Shown here: in pieces, positions 34,142 to 43,313 of the stretch
Layout: the number at the start of each line of letters is the position of its first letter
How positions within the stretch are numbered: position 1 is the first letter of the stretch
Assembly (NCBI GenBank): GCA_963748825.1
Contig: CAVVKN010000012.1
Span: 1-64,000 of the forward strand
DNA length: 64,000 nt
Direction: 5' to 3'
Origin: Methanotrichaceae archaeon
Lineage (GTDB): Archaea > Halobacteriota > Methanosarcinia > Methanotrichales > Methanotrichaceae
Program-made: the position numbers and the translations under genes
The notes under the pieces: model-generated
Databases searched by the model: none
What the model saw: only the letters and a program-made list of their open reading frames with translations
What the model was told of the DNA's origin: nothing

Positions 34142-34918
34142 ATGACAGCTCAAAATACCATGCCGCCATTCAGCCAGCTTGACATCGCACCCACGGCAGC
34201 TCTTATCCTGGGGCTGCAGCTTCCTAAGCCAGACGGCCGGCCGATTGATTCGGCAGTGGCCTGGGGCTGCAAAAACGTCGCGCTCATCATCATCGACAGC
34301 CTGGGCTATGATTTATTGAAGTGGCTCTTGCCCACAATGGAGAACATGAGAGCTCTAAGTATTGCTGGGCTGCTCTTGCGGGCCACGGCCGTCTCCAATC
34401 ACACCACCCCGGCCATCGCCAGCATCTTGAGCGGACTGTTGCCGGAGCACCACGGAATTTTGGATAAGGCCGGCGCAAAAGAGTCCCGCATCCTCAGCTT
34501 GCCGGAGATAGCAGCCGCGTCAGGCCTTAAGTGCGCGGTGATAATGGAGCAAAATGGTGCCGACGTTTACCAGGGTTTGATTGAGATTGTGCACGGCATA
34601 CTGGACAGTATTCCTCCGCAGGACTTCGATCGAGAGGCTTGCCGCATGACCTGCCAGGCCCTTTTAGAGGGGCCCAGGCTTCTCGTCTCCTACTTCATAG
34701 GAATTGATAAGAGCGTACATATGGGCAGGGGTTGGGAAGGTATTAGAGAAGCGGCTTTGCTTATTGATCGCTGTATAGGTGAGATAGTAAGGACGGCAAA
34801 CGACGAGACTTTATTCATCATCTGCGGAGACCATCCTATACACGCCGGGCCGCTAAAGAGAACCAGAGAGCCTTATTGCGTGGCTTTGATCCTGGCAAAA
34901 GGAAGTGCGCAGAAATGA
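34142..34918 (+). CDS. Alkaline phosphatase superfamily metalloenzyme
   Basis: IIIDSLG, HTTP..ASILSG..PEHHG, DKSVH, GDH. Confidence 0.8.
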   Translation: MTAQNTMPPFSQLDIAPTAALILGLQLPKPDGRPIDSAVAWGCKNVALIIIDSLGYDLLKWLLPTMENMRALSIAGLLLRATAVSNHTTPAIASILSGLLPEHHGILDKAGAKESRILSLPEIAAASGLKCAVIMEQNGADVYQGLIEIVHGILDSIPPQDFDREACRMTCQALLEGPRLLVSYFIGIDKSVHMGRGWEGIREAALLIDRCIGEIVRTANDETLFIICGDHPIHAGPLKRTREPYCVALILAKGSAQK

Positions 34919-34973
34919 GAATCTAACAGGCTTTCGATAAGTTTAAATGCCGAAAGCGGTTAACATGTGTTCG

Positions 34974-35096
34974 ATGGATGAAGATCTCTCTGAGGTTTTT
35001 CAATTAATTGCCGAAGATGAACGCAAGCGCAGATATCTTAAGGAGGTCGGCGACTGGCTTGTAGAAGAATACTTTGAACTTCGTCAAGCATCTTGA
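34974..35096 (+). CDS. Unlisted 40-aa small protein, possibly leaderless
   Basis: MDEDLSEVFQLIAEDERKRRYLKEVGDWLVEEYFELRQAS about 25 nt after TTTAAAT; T-rich tract downstream. Confidence 0.5.
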   Translation: MDEDLSEVFQLIAEDERKRRYLKEVGDWLVEEYFELRQAS

Positions 35097-36441
35097 ATCA
35101 TTTACTTATTTCTTGGTTTTCCCTTTATTTCATAACTATGGTACTTAACTATAATTATTATGTGGCTTCGGGGTGGATTTCGCATTTATGAGCATGTTGT
35201 GCGGCAACTTCGCGCGCATTAATTCACAATGTTTTTTGAAAATAGGGTAGAATTTCGGGTAATTTTCCTAAATTTCAGCATCAGTAAGTCGTTGTGAAAT
35301 GGTTCACAAAGGCAAAATTTCCTCCGCGCATAATCGTAAGGCCTACTGATGGCTATTATTATGATAGTATTCGCCCGAAAATTCTTTTCACAACACATTA
35401 TAATTCGTTTTACCTGTCTTAAGCATACCCTGTGAAATACTATTCTGAATACTATTAGGGCTTTATTTCAAAAAATAACTTCAAATCTGAGTTTTAAGCT
35501 ATTAACCACAACTACCAACTATTGGAAAGGTTTATATATCCTAAATACCAGGTTAATATTGTGCCAAAACGGCCAGACAACCTGTCTGAATACATAGAGA
35601 CAGGATGACTAAAGAGGGCTTATTCGTCTGAGGGGATGGATGGACCTTGGCAATATATCGGCGCAGTAAGGGAAGTGTATCGGGTGGATAAATCTGATGT
35701 ATCAGCTCTATTTGATCCACACAATTGGGTGAAGAGCTTGATCGTCTGGAAAATGTTCGCCTTTGTGAAAGCATAACGTCACCGTAAGGGATGGCAAAGG
35801 GGTAGCAATGAAGGGGGAAATCGAAGCCTTGAATGGCATTTTCGATATCCAGAGAAATGCTTCACAGAAATATACTTTCTCGCATAGATGGCACAAGGGG
35901 TAGCGAAAGGGAGTTCGTATCGGATCTGGATACATGCATCTGTCTACATACTGTTCACTGTCGGAAAGGGACGACAAAATAGCTCAGGCCTGATGCAGAC
36001 AATGAATTCCTTGGCCGGTGAAATCCTCGTTGTTGGAAAGGGACGGCAATGAGGTTCAAAAGGGAACGGCTGAGACTGGATCGGATATGAATTGTTGGAG
36101 ACTTGGCTGTGAAAGCAATGTCTTTCACAACCTGCCTCAAATTGGGGATGGCACGAGAATAAGATTTGATCGGATCGGCTGGAATGGAATTCATATATTA
36201 TAAAGCTGGTCCGATCTGGAAAATAAGTGAGTAGTTGGCTATGAGGAGGGGAAAATTGTGAGAGGGCACATCAAATTATTTATGCTGCAGATGGACCTAG
36301 AGAGGTTCAGGCAGCCTAAAAATGCTGCAATGACAGAAAATGTCTGCTTTGGCACCTGCCGGGATGCAGCTTCCTCTATGCAGCGCATATACCTTCCTTC
36401 TTTGAAGATAGTGTCCGGAAGATGATTGGAGGGGGTTTAGA

Positions 36442-36909
36442 ATGAGGATCCGGATAGAGATAGAAGACAAGGGCCTTAAGTCCTCCCATGAATTTGAGTC
36501 GCAAAACATGGATGGAGAGGCTCTAAGAGACAGAATCGTTGGCTTTCTGTCGGCTTCCGGTATCTTTGAAGGCAGAGGAGAGAGCATTGCATCAGCCACA
36601 TCTGCTCGTGATTATAGCAGCGGAACGATCATGGACCGGCTGGAAAGCTTCATCCGACATGAGTTTACCAACACCTGGTTCACAACCCAGGAATTAAGAG
36701 AGCAATATGAGACCGTAGCCGATGATATAAAGCTCTCCACAGTCTCCACCTATCTATCTCGCATGAATCACGATGGTCTGCTGGATAAGAGAGGGAACAG
36801 AAACAACCGGCAGTACAGATTGATGGAGATCATCGAGCCGGAGATGGTATCGCAGCATAATTATCAACGTCAAACTAGCTATGAGAAAAAGAGAGTAGAA
36901 AGCAGATGA
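36442..36909 (+). CDS. Protein with C-terminal winged-helix domain
   Basis: WFTTQELREQY...IKLSTVSTYLSRM...GLL.KRG....RQY. Confidence 0.75.
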   Translation: MRIRIEIEDKGLKSSHEFESQNMDGEALRDRIVGFLSASGIFEGRGESIASATSARDYSSGTIMDRLESFIRHEFTNTWFTTQELREQYETVADDIKLSTVSTYLSRMNHDGLLDKRGNRNNRQYRLMEIIEPEMVSQHNYQRQTSYEKKRVESR

Positions 36910-36920
36910 AGAAATGGCCA

Positions 36921-36988
36921 GACCGGAAAGCATCTAATGGATCTTTCCCACCACCTAGACATTCTTTGCCATAGATTTCCGGTCCGGC
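36921..36988. terminator. Inverted repeat between convergent genes
   Basis: gaccggaaa..atcta..tgg pairs with ccatagat.ttccggtc. Confidence 0.45.
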
Positions 36989-37090
36989 TCCTCTGCTTCA
37001 TAGCAGCCGTATTTTGCATAATTTTATGCAGACTGTTTTTATGCTGATTGCATTATACTGGAATACTGGATGTTATATGCACGACCTGAG

Positions 37091-40000
37091 CTAGGCTGTA
37101 CCGCTGAGGCGAGCCTGAGTTAGATTGATGGCATACCTGGCCAATGAATTCTCCGGATCGATCTCTAAGACTCCTTCAAAGGCGCGAAGAGCTTCTTGAT
37201 AGCTGTTTTTGGCCACCAATGTCAGGCCCCTGTTGTATTTGGCATCAGTATTTTGCGGCTGCAGCAAGGCCGCTTTCTCAAAGCTCTGCAAAGCCTCATC
37301 AAGCTTACCACTCTGGTTTTGCGCCAGTCCCAGTTCCAGCCAGGCGGCTGCATCCTGCGGGTTTAGCCTGGTCACATTCTGGAAAGCATCTGCCGATTGA
37401 CCGTAGCGGCCCAAAGAGTAGTACACCTGGCCCAGATTATACCAGACTTCCTCATGAGTGGAATCGGCCCGGCATGCCTTTTCCAGGTTCCTGGCAGCCT
37501 CATCGTACTGGCCAATAGAGGCCTGCAGGCTTCCCAGGTTGGACCAGGCAGCATAGTTTCCTGGATTTATGGATACAATCTCCTGGAAGCATTTTATGGC
37601 AAGAGAGCTGTTGCCAAGAGCCACCAGCGCCAGTCCCTTTCCCAGCAATGCATCGACATCCAGCGGATTTCGGCTCAGGGATTTGTCAAAGAGCGGCAGA
37701 GAACTGTTGTACTCCCCCTGGGCACAGAGAGCATTGCCCTGTCCACTGTAGCCGCGGGCGTTGCCCGTATCAAATGCTACAGCCTGCTCATAGTAGTGAA
37801 GAGCATCACTGTAGTTGCCATTTTCGTAAAGAGCATCGCCCATGCCCAGGAGAGACGCCACGTTTTGCGGCTGGATGGCAAGAGCCCGCTCGTAGCTTTG
37901 CAGGGCTAGATCAACATCCTTTCCGCAGAGCAGGGAATTGCCCCTGCCCGCCCAGGCGGCAGTGTTATTTTCATCCAGTGAAAGGGCTTCGTCATAAGAA
38001 TTCAGAGCGGATTTGCAGTCTGCCATTGCATATTGAATCCCGGCTTTTCCCAATAATGCGCGAATATTTAGCCGGTCGATTTCAAGAGCGTTCTCATAAA
38101 GTGGCAATGCCCTATCAAGGATGCCGTTTTGCAGGAAAGCATCTCCCCTGCCTAGCATCGCCCGCACATTGTCAGGCTCCAGAGCGAGGACGCGGCCATA
38201 GGCCAGCAAAGCACCGGTCAGATCGTTTTGCTCCAAGAGCACATCTCCTTTGCCCAGCAGTGCCGCAGTATTATCCGGTTCCCGGAGAAGAGCCTGCTCG
38301 TAGCATTGCAGGGCCTGTTCTCTCTCTCCTTGCTGATAGAGAGCCTCTCCTTTTCCCAATAGGGCGGGGACGCTTTCCGAATCCTGGGCCAGAGCACTGG
38401 CAAAGCTTTCCAGAGCAAAAGGATAATCATGCAGTGCCAGGAGGCAGTATCCAATGCCCAGCAATGCCCGAAGATCGTCAGGCTTTATCTTCAAGGCCTG
38501 ATCGTATGTCTGCAGGGAGGAGTTGTAGTCCTGCCTGGCATAAAGAGTCTCAGCCTTTCCCAGCATTGATGCAAGATCGCTGGAGTTGTGCAAAAGTGCT
38601 GCCTCGTAGGACTCTAAGGCCTGATCGTATTCCCGAAGAGCGAGGTGGGCATCGCCCATGCCCCGCAAGGCAGAATCATTTTCTTTTTCCAGCACTAATA
38701 CCAGGGAGAAGCATTGCACTGCCTCCCGGTACTTTGCCAATTGCAGCAATAGACTGCCTTTGTTAAGCAGAGTCTCTGTATTATTATCATCCAGCTTTAA
38801 TGCCTTGTCGTAGCTTCGCAGGGCGCTTTTATAGTCTTGCAGCTTCTCTTGCACCAGTGCCTTTTCATTCCACAGGGCGATATTCTCCGGGTCCAGACGC
38901 AGGGCAGAGTCGATGAATAGCCCGGACATTCTATATTTCCCCGTCATGGCCAGGATGCGCCCCTTTAATACCAGGGCGGGGAGGCTGGACTGATTTATCT
39001 TTAAAGCCTGATCCAGTGAATTGAGGGCCTCGGACTGCATTCCCATGCGGGAGAGAATCTGTCCTTTGAGCAGCCATGCCTCTGACTGGCTGGCATCAAG
39101 CTCAAGGGATTTGTTAATGTTCTCCAAAGCCAGAGAATACGAGCCGTTCCTGCTATGGTTTTCAGCCTGCTGCAAATAATGGGAGTAATCGGAGATCTCC
39201 GACTCTTTTTGCCGGGAAGCATTCTCCGATTCGGCCTCCTCCATCCTGGCGGCAAGTGCTGCCGATGCCTTCTCTTTTCCGGCCAGTGCGCCAGGGCCCT
39301 CAGGCAAAAGGACAAGGGCTGCATCGTAATTCTTGAGAGCCTCTGAGAAGAGACCATCGCACGAAAGCCGATCGGCCTTGACCGTCAGAGCCTTGACCCA
39401 ACCGGACACTGCCTCTGCGCTTTGGGGTGCAAGGCGAGAAGCCTCCTTAAAATTGTCAAGGGCACGGGAAATGTTCCCCCCGGCCAGCTCTTTTTCGCCC
39501 AGGCCCACCAGAGCCAGGGCCTTGCCATCTTTGGCCTGCTGATCAGATGAATTGCCGGCCAGAATTTCGTCATAGCTGGCCAGCCCCTCCTCAAATCTGC
39601 CCAGGCTGTTCAAAGCTGCTCCCTTTAGCTGCAGTGCCTGGATATTTTGCGGGTCAAGGGCTAGAGCATCATTGCTACCATTATAAGCCTCCTCGAATTT
39701 ACCTTCCTTCATCAAGGCCGAACTGTGAGCCAGCAGCACTCTAACCTGGCCCGCCTTGCCAGCATCGCTCCGGCCGTAAAGAGAGGCGTTCTTGAAACTT
39801 TGTAGGGCTTCATCGTAGCTTTCCAGGACAAGAGAAGCATTGGCCTTTCCCAACCAGGCCTCGGCAAGGCTGCCGTCCAAAGCCAGGGCCCGCTCGTAGC
39901 TCTGCGAAGCCTGCCCAAAATCCCCGGCCAGCTCTTTTACCCTGCCGTCCTCCAGCCAGAGCCGGGCATTTTTGGCATCTTTTCTGAGAGCATAGTCAAA

Positions 40001-40282
40001 GCACAGCTCGGCCATCTTGTACCGGCCCAGCCGGGAGAGGGCAGCGCCTTTGCCGCCCCAGGCCGATGAGTTCTCGGGATCAATCTTTATGGCACGATCA
40101 AAGCTGCCGATGGCCTGCTGAAAGCTGCCGTTTAAGAGAGATGCCTGACCCATCTCCAGCCAGTAGGCAGCACTATCTTGAGCTGCGGCAGACACTGGAA
40201 GGAATAGCAGCAGCATACAAGCCAGCATAGCGCAAGAACGCATCGGGGATGGGAAGGGAGAGGACTTTTGCAAAGCAATCAC
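37091..40282 (-). CDS. Secreted TPR-repeat protein
   Basis: Signal-like N-terminus followed by many 34-aa TPR units (KG.AL..LG.Y.EAL..YD.AL..DP.N). Confidence 0.9.
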   Translation of the reverse strand: MIALQKSSPFPSPMRSCAMLACMLLLFLPVSAAAQDSAAYWLEMGQASLLNGSFQQAIGSFDRAIKIDPENSSAWGGKGAALSRLGRYKMAELCFDYALRKDAKNARLWLEDGRVKELAGDFGQASQSYERALALDGSLAEAWLGKANASLVLESYDEALQSFKNASLYGRSDAGKAGQVRVLLAHSSALMKEGKFEEAYNGSNDALALDPQNIQALQLKGAALNSLGRFEEGLASYDEILAGNSSDQQAKDGKALALVGLGEKELAGGNISRALDNFKEASRLAPQSAEAVSGWVKALTVKADRLSCDGLFSEALKNYDAALVLLPEGPGALAGKEKASAALAARMEEAESENASRQKESEISDYSHYLQQAENHSRNGSYSLALENINKSLELDASQSEAWLLKGQILSRMGMQSEALNSLDQALKINQSSLPALVLKGRILAMTGKYRMSGLFIDSALRLDPENIALWNEKALVQEKLQDYKSALRSYDKALKLDDNNTETLLNKGSLLLQLAKYREAVQCFSLVLVLEKENDSALRGMGDAHLALREYDQALESYEAALLHNSSDLASMLGKAETLYARQDYNSSLQTYDQALKIKPDDLRALLGIGYCLLALHDYPFALESFASALAQDSESVPALLGKGEALYQQGEREQALQCYEQALLREPDNTAALLGKGDVLLEQNDLTGALLAYGRVLALEPDNVRAMLGRGDAFLQNGILDRALPLYENALEIDRLNIRALLGKAGIQYAMADCKSALNSYDEALSLDENNTAAWAGRGNSLLCGKDVDLALQSYERALAIQPQNVASLLGMGDALYENGNYSDALHYYEQAVAFDTGNARGYSGQGNALCAQGEYNSSLPLFDKSLSRNPLDVDALLGKGLALVALGNSSLAIKCFQEIVSINPGNYAAWSNLGSLQASIGQYDEAARNLEKACRADSTHEEVWYNLGQVYYSLGRYGQSADAFQNVTRLNPQDAAAWLELGLAQNQSGKLDEALQSFEKAALLQPQNTDAKYNRGLTLVAKNSYQEALRAFEGVLEIDPENSLARYAINLTQARLSGTA

Positions 40283-40476
40283 TGTTCTAGAGAGAATTGC
40301 AGATGGGATATATTACCAGCGCCTTTATTCATTCCCAGCGCATCTTTAGAATCGGATGCAACCAGCCATCAGGCCAGAGAAGTGCCGTGCCCGCCCGCGC
40401 TCGGGACGCGAGAGCACGCCCGCCAGGAAGGGCACCGGCATCCCAACTTTTTTGGGCTTTGTTTGACTGCATCCTA

Positions 40477-40872
40477 TCATAATAATATTACCTCGACGGG
40501 ATCGCCTTCTTCCAGCCCCAAAGCCTGGCGCAGTTGCACGGGCGCTATGACCTCGATCAATTCCGACGGATAGCGGCTCCGCTCGGGCCGGACCACAGCG
40601 GCATCGATACCGTTCAGCTTGATGCGGTAGCATTTGCACTCGCCAAAGCTCTTGCCCTCCTCCGCGAAGCCCTCGATTTTGATCGCCTGGCTAGCTCCAG
40701 CCGGGAAAGGCTCATCGAGCAGCACGTTCAGGGTGCCGGGGAAGGGGACAAAGCCCAGATGCTGCAAAAACTGGCGGCTGTAGCCTTCTCGGGAGATGAA
40801 GTACTGGCCCTGCCCAAGACCTGACGCAATTTTTCCGCGCATGATTTTGACCTTCTTGCTCTCAAACATCAA
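40477..40872 (-). CDS. ribK: CTP-dependent archaeal riboflavin kinase
   Basis: G.IASGLGQGQYFIS..GY..QF...LGF.PFPGTLN; IEVIAP..LR. Confidence 0.9.
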   Translation of the reverse strand: MMFESKKVKIMRGKIASGLGQGQYFISREGYSRQFLQHLGFVPFPGTLNVLLDEPFPAGASQAIKIEGFAEEGKSFGECKCYRIKLNGIDAAVVRPERSRYPSELIEVIAPVQLRQALGLEEGDPVEVILL

Positions 40873-41072
40873 GCATCTTCGATTGGAACTCCTTTTCCAA
40901 GATCACGCAGCGTTTCAATATAGACATCGATAGCCTCTTCAGCCATCAGAACAGCTTCTTTTGCATTCTTTCCGAAGGTATTGCATCCCGGAAGCGAAGG
41001 TACCGAAGCGATATAAACGCCCTCTTCAGGGTATTTTTCTATTATTATGCGATATTTCGGGGGCATCATCAA
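40869..41072 (-). CDS. HicB-family antitoxin-like protein
   Basis: Y.IIIE....G.Y.ASVP.LPGC.T.G....EA.....EAI..YIE. Confidence 0.85.
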   Translation of the reverse strand: MMMPPKYRIIIEKYPEEGVYIASVPSLPGCNTFGKNAKEAVLMAEEAIDVYIETLRDLGKGVPIEDA

Positions 41073-41223
41073 TCCATCTATTGAAAGATCTTTTATTTCT
41101 TCATCTCAAATGTGGAGTTGGAAATGAGCGATCATCGGCCAAGCTCTTCTTCAAGAGTTCGGAGATCCTTTTCTGCATCATTGGCCGAGTAGTCGAGAGG
41201 CACTCCCCTCTCGCTGAGCAGCA

Positions 41224-43263
41224 TCAGCATTGCCTTGGCAATAGTGCATGGTCTAATACTTCTTCAATGCTCTTTACAGGAGTTATTTTAATCGCATCAA
41301 GAATATATGACGGAAGGCTTTGAGCATCTTTCAAATTGTCCTCCGGCAGAAGCACTTCTTTAATTCCCGCATCATATGCAGCTCTTACCTTCTCTTGAAT
41401 GCCTCCTACGGGAAGGACCTTGCCCATGATAGTGATCTCGCCAGTCATCGCCAGATCATTTCTTATGGGAATGCCTTTCAATGCGGAGACTATACCTGTT
41501 ACGAGCGTGACTCCAGCAGAAGGCCCTTCTTTGGGAATGCCCATAAACGTTGCCAGCACCGCGACATCAAAACTGCTACGCCACTCCTCAGTTATCCCTA
41601 GCACTTGATGTTTGGCTTTTATATACTGGGCTCCAGCTTCGATGCTCTCCCTCATTACTCGCTGAATGGAACCAAGGGGAACGATACGACCGGTGCCCTT
41701 CGTTGCCTGCATCTCAAAGAGCAGTATGCAACCATGGTCGCCCGCAACTGCCAGACCGATAACTTCACCAACCGAAGGTTCAGGTGGTAGAGCGACCTTC
41801 TGAATTCTATTGGCGTCCGGTAGCTCTGGTGTGACCACTTTGCCCGTAGAAAGGATCTTCGCCCCTAAATTTATGCGCTCGTATTCTCCAGCGGCAATCA
41901 GGTGGAGCTGCTCACGAACCCGTTGACGAAGCTCGCATGCGATAGTGAGAAGCTCTTCCAGTTCTTCATCAGTTATTTTGCCATCCGGATAAATGAGCTT
42001 CATAAGTCCTGATGCCAGCTTCATTATTGCACGCTGATCTCGACCAGAGACTCCTCGACCGGTTCCACCTCTATCCACAAGCTCGAAGCGGGATCTCACA
42101 ATGTTCATGGGATCCGTTCGCCTGAGTTCATGCATGATCTCGCAGAAGTAGTCAGTGATAAAACCATAGTCTTTGGCATAGCTCTCCGGTGTCAACTTGG
42201 GGATCTCCCAGCCTGGCAAATAACCATGAATCCGATCCAGAAAAGCGGTGACCTGAAGAAAGTCCGGGAGTGGCTCGAAGAGATGATAGTACTTCTCATG
42301 GGGAAGATTGCCCTGAACATCCAGATTCCCAACGAACACCAGGCTGCCAAAGGCCAGTATCTCCTTCTTTCCGCGGCTGAACTTGGCGTCCTGCATGTAG
42401 GCCTGCATGATGCTTACGAAGGACTTGGTATCAGTGAAATCCGTATTGGCTATCTCGTCAAAGACTACGCAGTCCCTTGTCCCTACAACCCCGATCTTGC
42501 CGGTGTTGAGGTTGATAAAAAGCTGGGAAGGAGTAGCCTTGCCGCCAGATAGAACATGGGCATAATAAGAAATGTTCCTGTAGAGATAGGTCTTTCCGGT
42601 CTCGCGCGGCCCTAGCTCGATTATGTTTACGTTTGTCTCAACCAGGGGGATGCATCTGCATAGGTAGAGAAGCTTCTGCCTAAGGGTCAACTTATCAGGA
42701 TTCAAACCGCATGAGTTTATCAGGACGTCTACCCACTCATCCGTCGTAAATCTGGAACGCTTATCGATGTACTCCTGCTGATTTATGACGCTAACCTGGA
42801 ACGGAGTGAATTCAACGATCTTGAAGGGACGGATTTTCTTGTTATGGATCTCGGTCTCGTCGTAGGTCAGTTCGAGGGTTCCCCACATGCCACCTGATAA
42901 GAGCATTGGATACTGATTGACAATGCTTTCTGGAATGTTAACGAAGCTCTCGTTTATGGCAGGGATCGAGGCCCAGTACTTATCTTCGGTCTCGACCAGC
43001 CTAGCTTCCATGTTAGCTATTAGAGTATGATGGCGATTCTCTCTTATGAAATGGCGTATCTTTTCCGCCTCTGCGCCATGGACGAAATTCTCCTTCAAAC
43101 GAAGAATAACTTTGCCCATATCCACATAGAAAGTCTCTTCTGAGCAGAAATTGTCGATGAGGTACTCTAGAACATATCGTGGGAATTCATCAACGCCTGT
43201 GTTGAGGGTGTGAGCCTTATTGACTACCTTGCCTTTGAAGACCTCTTTGAGCTTTGTATTCAC
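41224..43263 (-). CDS. brxL: BREX BrxL-like AAA+ protein with Lon protease domain
   Basis: [40 protein letters not shown]; C-terminal PKEGPSAG and [10 protein letters not shown]. Confidence 0.88.
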   Translation of the reverse strand: MNTKLKEVFKGKVVNKAHTLNTGVDEFPRYVLEYLIDNFCSEETFYVDMGKVILRLKENFVHGAEAEKIRHFIRENRHHTLIANMEARLVETEDKYWASIPAINESFVNIPESIVNQYPMLLSGGMWGTLELTYDETEIHNKKIRPFKIVEFTPFQVSVINQQEYIDKRSRFTTDEWVDVLINSCGLNPDKLTLRQKLLYLCRCIPLVETNVNIIELGPRETGKTYLYRNISYYAHVLSGGKATPSQLFINLNTGKIGVVGTRDCVVFDEIANTDFTDTKSFVSIMQAYMQDAKFSRGKKEILAFGSLVFVGNLDVQGNLPHEKYYHLFEPLPDFLQVTAFLDRIHGYLPGWEIPKLTPESYAKDYGFITDYFCEIMHELRRTDPMNIVRSRFELVDRGGTGRGVSGRDQRAIMKLASGLMKLIYPDGKITDEELEELLTIACELRQRVREQLHLIAAGEYERINLGAKILSTGKVVTPELPDANRIQKVALPPEPSVGEVIGLAVAGDHGCILLFEMQATKGTGRIVPLGSIQRVMRESIEAGAQYIKAKHQVLGITEEWRSSFDVAVLATFMGIPKEGPSAGVTLVTGIVSALKGIPIRNDLAMTGEITIMGKVLPVGGIQEKVRAAYDAGIKEVLLPEDNLKDAQSLPSYILDAIKITPVKSIEEVLDHALLPRQC

Positions 43264-43313
43264 AGCACTCCCTCTCCTACCCGCGATTTATCGCATAGCT
43301 TTTTCATGCTTAG

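Noticed and set aside
37648-38766. Long antisense ORFs (this 372-aa one and similar ones opposite kinase, fic and acl genes)
   Set aside because: Shadow frames of well-supported genes with no recognisable motifs.
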